A stretch of DNA of 64,000 nucleotides from Candidatus Babelota bacterium (GTDB lineage: Bacteria; Babelota; Babeliae; Babelales; Vermiphilaceae): contig JABDES010000001.1 of assembly GCA_013286935.1 (NCBI GenBank), forward strand, positions 2,499 through 66,498, in the 5' to 3' direction. The notes under the pieces are model-generated. The model had not been told where the DNA came from and did no database searches. It worked only from the letters and a program-made list of their open reading frames with translations. A program made the translations under genes and the position numbers. Positions 29,641 through 38,566 of this stretch are shown here, one piece after another. Numbering within the stretch: the stretch's first letter is position 1; the number at the start of each line of letters is the position of its first letter.

Positions 29641-31578
29641 ATGAACATTGCTTTTATGCGCTATATACGTTTGTGTAAGATGCGTTTTGTATGCGTCTTC
29701 TTGGTTACTTGTATGCAGGCCAATGCATCCGAATATGTAGATCAATCTGAACAGATGGCATATGAGATTATTTCCCTGCTGGTTTCTATGGAAAATAATC
29801 TTGAGTATTTGTGTCAACGTATGCGTTCCTCTATCGTTTCAAAAACCGATAGGCAGGCAAATTTTGCTGTGCCAGACAACATTATCAGCTCAAATGTGTG
29901 CGATAGACTTTTTGACTTGATTGATACAATGGAAGGTTTTATTAATGACGATCAATATCAATCTACTTTGTCGTTGCATAAGGATGCTGAAAGCATTCTC
30001 AAGGTAAAAACCTATTTTGAAAATCTTTTTTTACATATGCAATCCAATTATAAAACCTATCAGATGGCTATTAATTCGAATGTAGAGCGATTTAAGGCAG
30101 CAGTTGATCATGATAGATTTTTGATGCAAGAGGCGCAGGAAAAAGTTGCCTTGTACCTAAATTCTGCGTGTTCGAGTTTACTTGATAGGGTGCGTTGTAA
30201 TGTTGTAGAAAAAATAGGTGAACTTAGTGGTGGTTTACATATAGAGGAATGTGAACTAAAAATACGTGATGAATATCAAAAAAATATCTGTATTGGCGAT
30301 AGTATGTTCGGTCTCTTTAGAGATGAAATTGATCAGATATTGAATATGTTCGAAGAAAAATTCCACAACATGATGCTTCCTGATGATACATCAATCTTTG
30401 ATGCCTTAGACAAAAAAGGTGCTACGTTGCTAGAAGAGTTGCTGTCGGACTTTGAAATAAAAAATGCGCAGTTAAGAGTCATTTTCTGCGCGCAACGTTC
30501 TACATTTTATTCTACGTTTAATGATATGTGTGAATCGATGGCCGCAATCATTAATGGTGTAGTGCAAAATCGGATTTGCTTTGATACATATTCTGTGAAC
30601 AAATCAACCAGCTGTGAAAGATGTAAAGAGCAGTGTGATGTGTTAACAGAGCAATGTGCTTGTCTTAAGCAATCAATTTTTTCTGCGCTAGAGAACTGTG
30701 TTGTGAGACAGTGCAGTTTTTATGAAGAACAAATTGTTTTTGTGCAGCAAGAAATGAAATCTGCGCTCCAAAAAAATGCCGTAGCAAAAAATACATTGTG
30801 TAATAATTTAAAAAGGCATACAGATCTTGTGTGCCAATTTTGTTCGTCAATCTGCGGTAACGTTGCTCAGTATTTTTCAACCGCCGCCGCAGAGAGCATT
30901 TACAGCAAAAACGAACTTGTGCGAAACATTGCCTTATTTCAGACTGATATAGTGGATCAAATGAAAATCGTCTCTGAAAGATTTAATTTCGATATGCATG
31001 AGTATTTGGCTGACTGTCACGACATAATTTGTGTTATTGATACCATTGTGGACAATGCGTTATCAAAGATGAGCGGTGCATTTGATAGAGCACTGTTTTC
31101 TGCTGAAAGCGATTGCTCTTTAGTCAGTGCGCTTGCAATCGACATTATGGATGAGATTACTGTGCAACAGTCTCAAACACAATGTGTAGTGGCTGCCAGA
31201 ATAAAATCTTTCACTGATCTGTTGCATGAACAGGTTACCAACGTGGCAAATGTGCAGGCTTTGGCGGCGCAACAATGTTGTAATTTATCAATGATATTTA
31301 GCGACCTATGCCAAAAGATACTCAATGTAGAATGTGCATTGGCTCAGGAAGTTGCAGTGGTCGGTAATCAGTATAATGCCCTGACTGCTACTACTGTAAA
31401 TGAAATTAAGCTGATGGAAGACAACATAAATAGCTCGATTGTCCAAGCGCTTGCAGCCTTGGGCGGTATCCTAGGTGGTCTTATTGGTCAAGCAAAGACA
31501 TTGTTGATCTCAGAAGGAGCGAATGCAGACCTGCTAGCCAAGTCTGGCAAAGGAGGCAAAAAAAGCGGTGGAGGATAA
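29641..31578 (+). CDS. Exported Cys-rich helical protein, subfamily B, member 1
   Basis: Signal-like MRFVCVFLVTCMQANA. More charged and very Cys-rich. Shared C-terminal module LCQKILNVECALAQE...SSIVQALAALGGILGGLIG, then a basic Gly-rich tail KSGKGGKKSGGG. Confidence 0.8.
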   Translation: MNIAFMRYIRLCKMRFVCVFLVTCMQANASEYVDQSEQMAYEIISLLVSMENNLEYLCQRMRSSIVSKTDRQANFAVPDNIISSNVCDRLFDLIDTMEGFINDDQYQSTLSLHKDAESILKVKTYFENLFLHMQSNYKTYQMAINSNVERFKAAVDHDRFLMQEAQEKVALYLNSACSSLLDRVRCNVVEKIGELSGGLHIEECELKIRDEYQKNICIGDSMFGLFRDEIDQILNMFEEKFHNMMLPDDTSIFDALDKKGATLLEELLSDFEIKNAQLRVIFCAQRSTFYSTFNDMCESMAAIINGVVQNRICFDTYSVNKSTSCERCKEQCDVLTEQCACLKQSIFSALENCVVRQCSFYEEQIVFVQQEMKSALQKNAVAKNTLCNNLKRHTDLVCQFCSSICGNVAQYFSTAAAESIYSKNELVRNIALFQTDIVDQMKIVSERFNFDMHEYLADCHDIICVIDTIVDNALSKMSGAFDRALFSAESDCSLVSALAIDIMDEITVQQSQTQCVVAARIKSFTDLLHEQVTNVANVQALAAQQCCNLSMIFSDLCQKILNVECALAQEVAVVGNQYNALTATTVNEIKLMEDNINSSIVQALAALGGILGGLIGQAKTLLISEGANADLLAKSGKGGKKSGGG

Positions 31579-31583
31579 TTTAG

Positions 31584-33503
31584 ATGTTTAGCCTGCTATC
31601 CAATACAATGCGTAAGTTGTTAGTTGCGTGTTGCATTATTGCGACAATCCAGGATGTTTTTGGTGGTGATGAGCAGATAGCCAATGAGATTTTTGCCAAT
31701 TCTGTTCAAATTGCTCAGTTAGCTACATTATTAAAACATAGCATTGAAAATATTGAGTCCTCTGATGTAATCAACACTGAGAATCATGTTACACAACGGC
31801 TTGCAACGTTGACGTTGCAAGCCCTCGACCAGATTGTCTTGTCTGAAAGTAAAAAGGTTCAGAAATATATTGTTTTGTATGATAAGTGTGCCAAAGGGCA
31901 GGAGCTAATGGCTCGAGAATGCAGTGATGTATACAATGCTATCTTTAACCAAGTATGCAACATAAAAAAAAGGTGTAATGAATGCATTACCCAGCAAAAT
32001 TCTATGATCTTACAATTAGAAGAATGGACAGAACATTGCTCTAAAGAGTTGGTTTCTTTTAATGCAAAGCGCTATGAGTCGTATGTTTCCGATTGCAATG
32101 TCCACTTAGGACAATTGTCTGAAGAGTTGCAGGCTATTTTGACCTCCAAAGTATCTGCTGGTCAAGATAACGGTTATGTGTCGGATGATTTTATTGGTGA
32201 TTTACGTAATGTATCCACCATGTATGACGATGTGCGGTGTTCTGTTCGCGCTATATCGCAAGACGCTATAGGTAAAATTCGCCAATGGGATAAACAGGCA
32301 GAAGATGCCTTTTTGCAGTTTTCTCAGAATAACAAGAATGCTTTAAAAGATAGATTATCAATGGATATTAATACTCATTTGAGCAAACTTTATAACGATT
32401 ATTATGAAGAATTATGCGCCAAAGAGGCTATATTTTATCAGCATAGCTCTGAAAAAATTATTACATTATTAAGTGAACTTGATATATGGATGAGTAATGA
32501 TAATTTTGATTTTATAAAAGATATTTCTTTATATTCTTATGATGATTCGATACGAATGATACCCGATACAAATGTGCTTGTAGCTGAACGCCATCGTATG
32601 CAGGATCTTATCGCTAATTTTACTAAAGAATCCTATTTTTCTAACAAAGAATTATGTGCATTCAATAGTGATGAATTTACATCACCTTATCTTGTTCGTA
32701 TAAAAAAAGCCTATGATGAGATATGTCCAATTGTAGGTCAGATAAAAGAATGCTGTAATCAATCTACTGCGCTTTTATATTTATCTATTGAGAATATGAA
32801 TTCCATTATTGAGCTAGCTTGTTCTCAGGCAAAAAATGTTCAATCGAAAGCAATCGCTGATATTGCTACAACAGCGCAAGCTGATATAAAACGGGCGTTG
32901 TCGTGTGCGTCATATGAATTGGGATCTGAATATTGTCATGTCACAGAAAAACTTAATTGTTCAGCGGCTTGTTTGTTGTCCGAGCTACAAAATGCATTTT
33001 TACGCTCAAATTTACAAAATGATACATACAATAGCCAGAACGTAGAACAGATTAAGCGAGCAAAAGATGCATTTGTTGATAGCGCTTCAATAATTGTGGG
33101 TCGTGATTTGCCATGTGTATCATCAACAATTCTTTCATTTTGTAATCAAATTACCTCTGACAATCAAGAATCAGCGGTTATTTTTAGTCAAATGCTCGAG
33201 ACTCAGGAATCTCTCTTGTGCAAAGCTCAAGCAGTATTGTGCGAAAAAATCTTTGATATTCAAAATAATATTATTAATGATATAAATATGCTGAACAATA
33301 GATTAAACTCATCAACTGAGCGTATTATTAATCAGATAAAACGTTCAGAATTTGCTATCAATCAAGATATTGCCGCAATGATGAATTCTATACGAGGTAT
33401 TATCGGGGCATTTGGTAATTATTATTTTTATATTAATAGACAAACAGAGCGCAATATAGAGTTAGCTATAATACTTTTGGTCATAAAGATTTTAACGCTA
33501 TAA
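31584..33503 (+). CDS. Exported Cys-rich helical protein, subfamily B, member 2
   Basis: Starts 5 nt after the B1 stop. Signal-like LLVACCIIATIQDVFG. C-terminal module VLCEKIFDIQNNIINDI...IAAMMNSIRGIIGAFG and hydrophobic end IELAIILLVIKILTL. Confidence 0.8.
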   Translation: MFSLLSNTMRKLLVACCIIATIQDVFGGDEQIANEIFANSVQIAQLATLLKHSIENIESSDVINTENHVTQRLATLTLQALDQIVLSESKKVQKYIVLYDKCAKGQELMARECSDVYNAIFNQVCNIKKRCNECITQQNSMILQLEEWTEHCSKELVSFNAKRYESYVSDCNVHLGQLSEELQAILTSKVSAGQDNGYVSDDFIGDLRNVSTMYDDVRCSVRAISQDAIGKIRQWDKQAEDAFLQFSQNNKNALKDRLSMDINTHLSKLYNDYYEELCAKEAIFYQHSSEKIITLLSELDIWMSNDNFDFIKDISLYSYDDSIRMIPDTNVLVAERHRMQDLIANFTKESYFSNKELCAFNSDEFTSPYLVRIKKAYDEICPIVGQIKECCNQSTALLYLSIENMNSIIELACSQAKNVQSKAIADIATTAQADIKRALSCASYELGSEYCHVTEKLNCSAACLLSELQNAFLRSNLQNDTYNSQNVEQIKRAKDAFVDSASIIVGRDLPCVSSTILSFCNQITSDNQESAVIFSQMLETQESLLCKAQAVLCEKIFDIQNNIINDINMLNNRLNSSTERIINQIKRSEFAINQDIAAMMNSIRGIIGAFGNYYFYINRQTERNIELAIILLVIKILTL

Positions 33504-33517
33504 GCAAAAGGCGGATT

Positions 33518-35467
33518 GTGTGTAATGTTACTTTTATATTGAGACTAGTTTTATATTTTGTGATTATACCTGCTGTCAATTGTTTAGAAATTGGCAATGT
33601 GTATGGAGCAGATCTTAAGATGCAAAAAGATTCATCTATCGATAGTGGTAAAAAATCTGGTAGACATCTTTCCTCCCTAGTTCTTGCAGAGATTGCGTAT
33701 CATATCGCTAAGGTTGATGCCCAGCTGCGTGATGCATTATTTTTATGTGACTCTTTGACTAATAAAGATGCAAAAAAGCCGGAAGATATATTTGACTATC
33801 AACGCACAGCAGAACATTTAGTCGCTGCCAATCAGCTTATTGAGCGATTAAATAGTATGAGCCAGTTATGCAAAGAAGAGGATGCTCATATAGATTCAAT
33901 GCAAGAGGCATCTGTTACTATTCGCTCGCTGGTTGACGATATGCAGCTTCAAATAGGCAAAGTAGATAGTAGCATTACAAAAGATCAATCTTTAATCTGT
34001 GCTGAGCATGCGCAGATTATGAAATCATTACCGTGCAAGTACTTTGTGCATCTTAATGATGACAAGTCTGAAAAGGATCAATGTTCAATGTTTACTTTGC
34101 TTAAAAATGGTCTAATGCATTCTATCGACTTGTGTAGAGCTGATGATACTTTCAACCCCTCATGCAATGTATTGAAAGAGGCCCACTGTATAGTGCCGGC
34201 ACAAAAGGAGTTTGGTAATGCATTGAGCACGGTTGCTTTAAAAGATCAATTAGATGTTTTATTAAAAACGAAAAGTGTTAATATTCTTGCCCGTGAATGT
34301 CAGCACCGGGTTCTTGACAAAATTAATGTTGTCAAACAAAAGACAATGCCGATCTCTGAAGATATTGCTGTTGTTGTAGCTCGCGCACAGGAAGAGCTGA
34401 ATAATTTTAAAATGAACATAGATGTAGCATATAACAATTTAGACAAGCGATTTCACAAATCTTTTCAAAAAATAGAACAGATTCGTTCAAGCCTTTGTAC
34501 AGCATGTTCTAAGTGTGTCAATACGGTCAAAGAGCTGATGGAAAAAGAGATAGACACCTTATCTTGCAACGCTTGCCATCAGGCTGGAATCTGTAGGGAG
34601 CAGATCAATACCGGTTGTTTGCAGCTGGAAAATGAGCTTCACGTAATCATGAATGATATGTGCTTTAATGTTTTAAGTCACAAAAAAGCGGTAGTTTCTT
34701 GTGTTAATCAATTTGACAAAAATATGAATGTTGCTGTTCAAAACGTTATAGGCAGTATGACAGAAGGTGGTTCGAGTGTTGTTAAGACAATAAGCATTGA
34801 CAAGAATGAGATTTTACGATTTCTTAGTGAGCTGTCTGTGCAATTTTATACAATGTTTTCTGGTGGATTGAATTTGGCTAAGGCTGATTTTTCCTGCAAT
34901 GTCGGATCGTTAAGCAATCTTTCTGAAAAGGTTTGCTTGAATGGAGCTGCAAATATAGGAAATGCCTTGTCAGACTTTGAAAAGCTTAGCGCGTGCAATG
35001 AAGCCTGTATCAATAATGAAATTGATAAAATACAATTTTCACTAACAGATTTTTTCAAAAATACGTTTAGTCTGCTGTCTTGCCAGATTATATCTCATTT
35101 TAACGACAGTGTTAGTCAGATAAGACAGCAGCTTGCAGATGAAAACACAGCTATCCAACAGTCTGTTGTAGCGTGCTGCATACCAAGTTTAACTGATGCA
35201 CTTTGTATAAAACTGTTGGGTGTACAAAAAGAGATGGCGGTTGCTATAAACCAATTAGAGATTCAGATTGCCAACAATGAGCAGCTTATTATTAACGAAA
35301 TTATTGCAACGCAAGATGACATTGCCACTTCGCTTGCAAATATGATGGCCGCTATTACGGGTATATTTGGAGCTTTTGCTGCATTAACGTTTTCTATCGT
35401 TTCAGCCATTTTTGTTAATGAACAGTCATTTATAGAATTGATTATTACCCTAGGACTAGGGATTTGA
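33518..35467 (+). CDS. Exported Cys-rich helical protein, subfamily B, member 3
   Basis: GTG start. Signal-like FILRLVLYFVIIPAVNC. C-terminal module LCIKLLGVQKEMAVAINQLE...LANMMAAITGIFGAFAALTFSIVSAIF. Confidence 0.8.
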   Translation: MCNVTFILRLVLYFVIIPAVNCLEIGNVYGADLKMQKDSSIDSGKKSGRHLSSLVLAEIAYHIAKVDAQLRDALFLCDSLTNKDAKKPEDIFDYQRTAEHLVAANQLIERLNSMSQLCKEEDAHIDSMQEASVTIRSLVDDMQLQIGKVDSSITKDQSLICAEHAQIMKSLPCKYFVHLNDDKSEKDQCSMFTLLKNGLMHSIDLCRADDTFNPSCNVLKEAHCIVPAQKEFGNALSTVALKDQLDVLLKTKSVNILARECQHRVLDKINVVKQKTMPISEDIAVVVARAQEELNNFKMNIDVAYNNLDKRFHKSFQKIEQIRSSLCTACSKCVNTVKELMEKEIDTLSCNACHQAGICREQINTGCLQLENELHVIMNDMCFNVLSHKKAVVSCVNQFDKNMNVAVQNVIGSMTEGGSSVVKTISIDKNEILRFLSELSVQFYTMFSGGLNLAKADFSCNVGSLSNLSEKVCLNGAANIGNALSDFEKLSACNEACINNEIDKIQFSLTDFFKNTFSLLSCQIISHFNDSVSQIRQQLADENTAIQQSVVACCIPSLTDALCIKLLGVQKEMAVAINQLEIQIANNEQLIINEIIATQDDIATSLANMMAAITGIFGAFAALTFSIVSAIFVNEQSFIELIITLGLGI

Positions 35468-35494
35468 CATAGTTGTGCGTTTTATTGCCAAGGG

Positions 35495-37426
35495 ATGGAA
35501 ATGACAGCTGCTCTTAGACCAATATTAGGTGTTACCAGTTCATTGTTGTTATTGCACATCATCTATGCATCAGATGTTTATGATTTTCGTCTTATAGAAC
35601 CGCTGGCGCATCTTCTGGGGGCCAACCAAGACGTCAGCCAAACAACCGATGTTATTGATATTCTTGTTGACCCTGTTGTGTTCTATGAAACGAATACAGA
35701 CTCTCTATTGATTGAGTCTGAAGTGGATTACCTTGTCAGAAAGGTAGGTATCGACAGTGTATTATTGTCAAAGCGGCTTGATATGGCTATCGATCTTCAC
35801 AATACGGTTATTGCTTGTCAAGAAAAAATGCACAATGATGCTTGCGCTGCGCAGCATTCAATTACGAGCTTGTGCCAATCGTGCGTAGAACAACTCGATG
35901 TGCGAATGCCTAGTCATTTAGAGGTGCTTGATACGAACGGTGGTGTGTACGATATTAACGATGCCATATTAGGTATAGAATCTGGACTAGCCGCCTTGGA
36001 GTGTATGCTCGATAAAGCAGTTACTATATTTGTCCAACATAGCGTACAAGATACCAAAAAGCGTCTTGATCAAGCTGACAACGTTATTACTAGATTGCAA
36101 GAACAGCTGTGTGATCAGAGCCAAGATTTTGCACAAGAATGCAGTTCGCTCAAGGATGAGATAAACCATCAAGCAGAGCTTGCTGCTCAACATATTCAAA
36201 CCAATAAAAGTAATGCATATAAACAGATAGACGATGCTCTAAGGGCAGTTGAGGATGATAGAGGTGCAGCGATAACAGATGAGACTGCCTTAAAACATGC
36301 CCGTGCAATAGCTACTGTTAATAGTCACAATCAATCGGCGATTGTTGTACTCGAACAGGCGATTCACGAATCTGAAAAGGTGGTACAAAAAAAGGCGAAC
36401 GCATTATTACAACATTGTTCTGATGCTCAGAAAAAAATGCTGCAGTTTGACACTTTTTATAATGCTGAGCGTGATGCTCATGCTTTATTTCACGAGCAAG
36501 TCGAATCTTGTATGAGTGAATTTATTTGTCAGATACCGCTATTCTGTCAGGGGTGGAGTAAGTCATGTGATACATCACAGGAGCATCTTCAAGCGGAAAG
36601 TGAGCACATAATAAAAAGATGGTGTGATACATTGTCAAAAATCCCGTGGAAACAATGTGACTGCCGTATGGTGGCAGAGTGGGTAGAAAAATCGGCTGCA
36701 ATATTTGATAATTTTTTGTCTGGCATGGCATCAAATTTAAAGATTCATACGGTAGAATCAAAAAATGAGCTTAATCGGCAGCTAGGTCCGATGTTAGTCC
36801 TCTTGTCCGAGGTTATTCGTACTGGTTATGCACAGTTAGGCATTGATTTGACTGAACGTCAGGAGCAGCTTGGTGCTAATACTCAGCAACTTGCAGATTC
36901 GATAGCCAATGATACTGCTGCTTGGGCAGATTCATTTTCGGAAAATGTTGTATCGAATCACAATGCATTTGTTATGGCCTTAGAAGACTCTATGTCTGAT
37001 ATAAAACAAACGATTCAGGATACCTTTTTGTCGTTGCAATCTTTAGTGAGCTGTACATTAAAAGCATGTTCGCAGGAATTATCAGGCACGCAATCGGCGC
37101 AAGATGCCTCGGCGCAGATGGCAATTCAAAAGCAATTATGTCAGATCAGCGTGTTTGGTAACGTGTTGTGCGAGAAAATTTTCAATTTGCAAAACAATAT
37201 ACTATTTGCCTTCAACGAAAATCTAAAGTTGGCCTATCGAAATGAAGCGGCAATAGTAAATCAACTTATAGCATCCACCGACCAAATAAATCTTCTTATA
37301 GCTGCGATGGTTAGTGCGGTACAGAGCGATTTAGGTGGGGTGTCTGGCTTTATTGAGCAGGCAATAAAAAATTCAGAAAAAACAACAACAATTCTCGATG
37401 TTATTGTTATTTTAAGTATGTTGTAA
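35495..37426 (+). CDS. Exported Cys-rich helical protein, subfamily B, member 4
   Basis: Signal-like ILGVTSSLLLLHIIYA. C-terminal module VLCEKIFNLQNNILFAF...LIAAMVSAVQSDLGGVSGFI and hydrophobic end ILDVIVILSML. Confidence 0.8.
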   Translation: MEMTAALRPILGVTSSLLLLHIIYASDVYDFRLIEPLAHLLGANQDVSQTTDVIDILVDPVVFYETNTDSLLIESEVDYLVRKVGIDSVLLSKRLDMAIDLHNTVIACQEKMHNDACAAQHSITSLCQSCVEQLDVRMPSHLEVLDTNGGVYDINDAILGIESGLAALECMLDKAVTIFVQHSVQDTKKRLDQADNVITRLQEQLCDQSQDFAQECSSLKDEINHQAELAAQHIQTNKSNAYKQIDDALRAVEDDRGAAITDETALKHARAIATVNSHNQSAIVVLEQAIHESEKVVQKKANALLQHCSDAQKKMLQFDTFYNAERDAHALFHEQVESCMSEFICQIPLFCQGWSKSCDTSQEHLQAESEHIIKRWCDTLSKIPWKQCDCRMVAEWVEKSAAIFDNFLSGMASNLKIHTVESKNELNRQLGPMLVLLSEVIRTGYAQLGIDLTERQEQLGANTQQLADSIANDTAAWADSFSENVVSNHNAFVMALEDSMSDIKQTIQDTFLSLQSLVSCTLKACSQELSGTQSAQDASAQMAIQKQLCQISVFGNVLCEKIFNLQNNILFAFNENLKLAYRNEAAIVNQLIASTDQINLLIAAMVSAVQSDLGGVSGFIEQAIKNSEKTTTILDVIVILSML

Positions 37427-37485
37427 GTCCAGCAGCAGTTGTTTAAAGTGGATTAGCATCAACTGAAAGTGTATGGTTTTTTACC

Positions 37486-37992
37486 TCAAAGCCTGTCGCC
37501 ATTGCATGCCAAAATAGTATTAAATACTAAAAAAGTACCTGAAAAAAGAGTGGCCATTGTCATTCCCGTCCTGATAATTACACGTGTAGTCGCGTTTTCA
37601 TAAGCTTTGCGCACAATATCTAGTGGATTAATTATTGCGGGTTGTTTATCAACAAGAGCTTTTTCCTCATCGCCCATCTGCACAGACTCATCGTTTTGAC
37701 GAACTATTTTCTCCCAGGTATCGGCGGTAATTGTGGAAGGAAGTGCCATAAAATAATCAAGTAAAGGATAAACATTCACAAGTAATTGAGTTTTTTCAGG
37801 GTCTTTATCTGGCAGCAAAAGAACTTCTTCTAATTTTTTTTTGTTCGCCCACGAGATGGCGGTAAATGTTAAAAAGCTGACTCCACCCAGGACTGAGGCA
37901 GGAATTGGGGATGTCGATGTCCAATAGGACCAATCACAAGAAAAGGTAGTACTTGATATGCAAAATAATAACAGCAACACACTAGGCTTCAT
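37486..37992 (-). CDS. Hypothetical membrane protein (signal peptide plus internal and C-terminal hydrophobic segments)
   Basis: Leader MKPSVLLLLFCISSTTFSC. Hydrophobic segments VLGGVSFLTFTAISW and MTMATLFSGTFLVFNTILAC. No recognisable domain. Confidence 0.55.
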   Translation of the reverse strand: MKPSVLLLLFCISSTTFSCDWSYWTSTSPIPASVLGGVSFLTFTAISWANKKKLEEVLLLPDKDPEKTQLLVNVYPLLDYFMALPSTITADTWEKIVRQNDESVQMGDEEKALVDKQPAIINPLDIVRKAYENATTRVIIRTGMTMATLFSGTFLVFNTILACNGDRL

Positions 37993-38163
37993 GAATATTC
38001 CTTACAAAATTATATAATTTTAACTGGTGTTGGAAAATGATATACCATAATTTTTCATGCAGAGCTAGCTAGGATGCGGGGCGAATTTAGGATCGTCTAT
38101 TGCATTTTTATACCTTTTTTATAACATGTAACAGTTTTATATTGTTCAATACAAAAGGAGAGT

Positions 38164-38547
38164 ATGTTTATGAGATCAATCTATCTTATTCTAATTGTGC
38201 TGTTGGTAACATCCCCTGCAGGGGCTGTGCTTTATACCATAAAAATGTGTTATGACAACGAAAAAATGTCAGAGCCGCTTGCCTATGAGGCTCATGACGA
38301 ACCGAGCCTGATACAACAACTTTTTCAAGCCGGTTTTAATATAGCGGTGACTGATGACAATAAAACTATAATTCGATCAAAGAATGCCTCTTTAGGGGAA
38401 ACACGTTTAACTCTGGAATCGTTTTTGATTACTAAGTCTGGACCAGAAAAGGGATTATTGTTTTTTGAGAGCACATCTGGTAAAACACGTCGGGATACAT
38501 TAAGCCTTATTGATAGCATTATGGCCAAAAGAGGAGTTTATGTTTAG
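38164..38547 (+). CDS. Hypothetical small exported protein
   Basis: Leader MFMRSIYLILIVLLVTSPAGA after a GGAG RBS. No recognisable domain. Confidence 0.5.
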   Translation: MFMRSIYLILIVLLVTSPAGAVLYTIKMCYDNEKMSEPLAYEAHDEPSLIQQLFQAGFNIAVTDDNKTIIRSKNASLGETRLTLESFLITKSGPEKGLLFFESTSGKTRRDTLSLIDSIMAKRGVYV

Positions 38548-38566
38548 TTTGTTTGGTTGAATGACC

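Noticed and set aside
29557-29817. 86-aa minus-strand ORF across the A7/B1 junction
   Set aside because: It is antisense to two tightly spaced, well-supported + strand genes. No motif or RBS.
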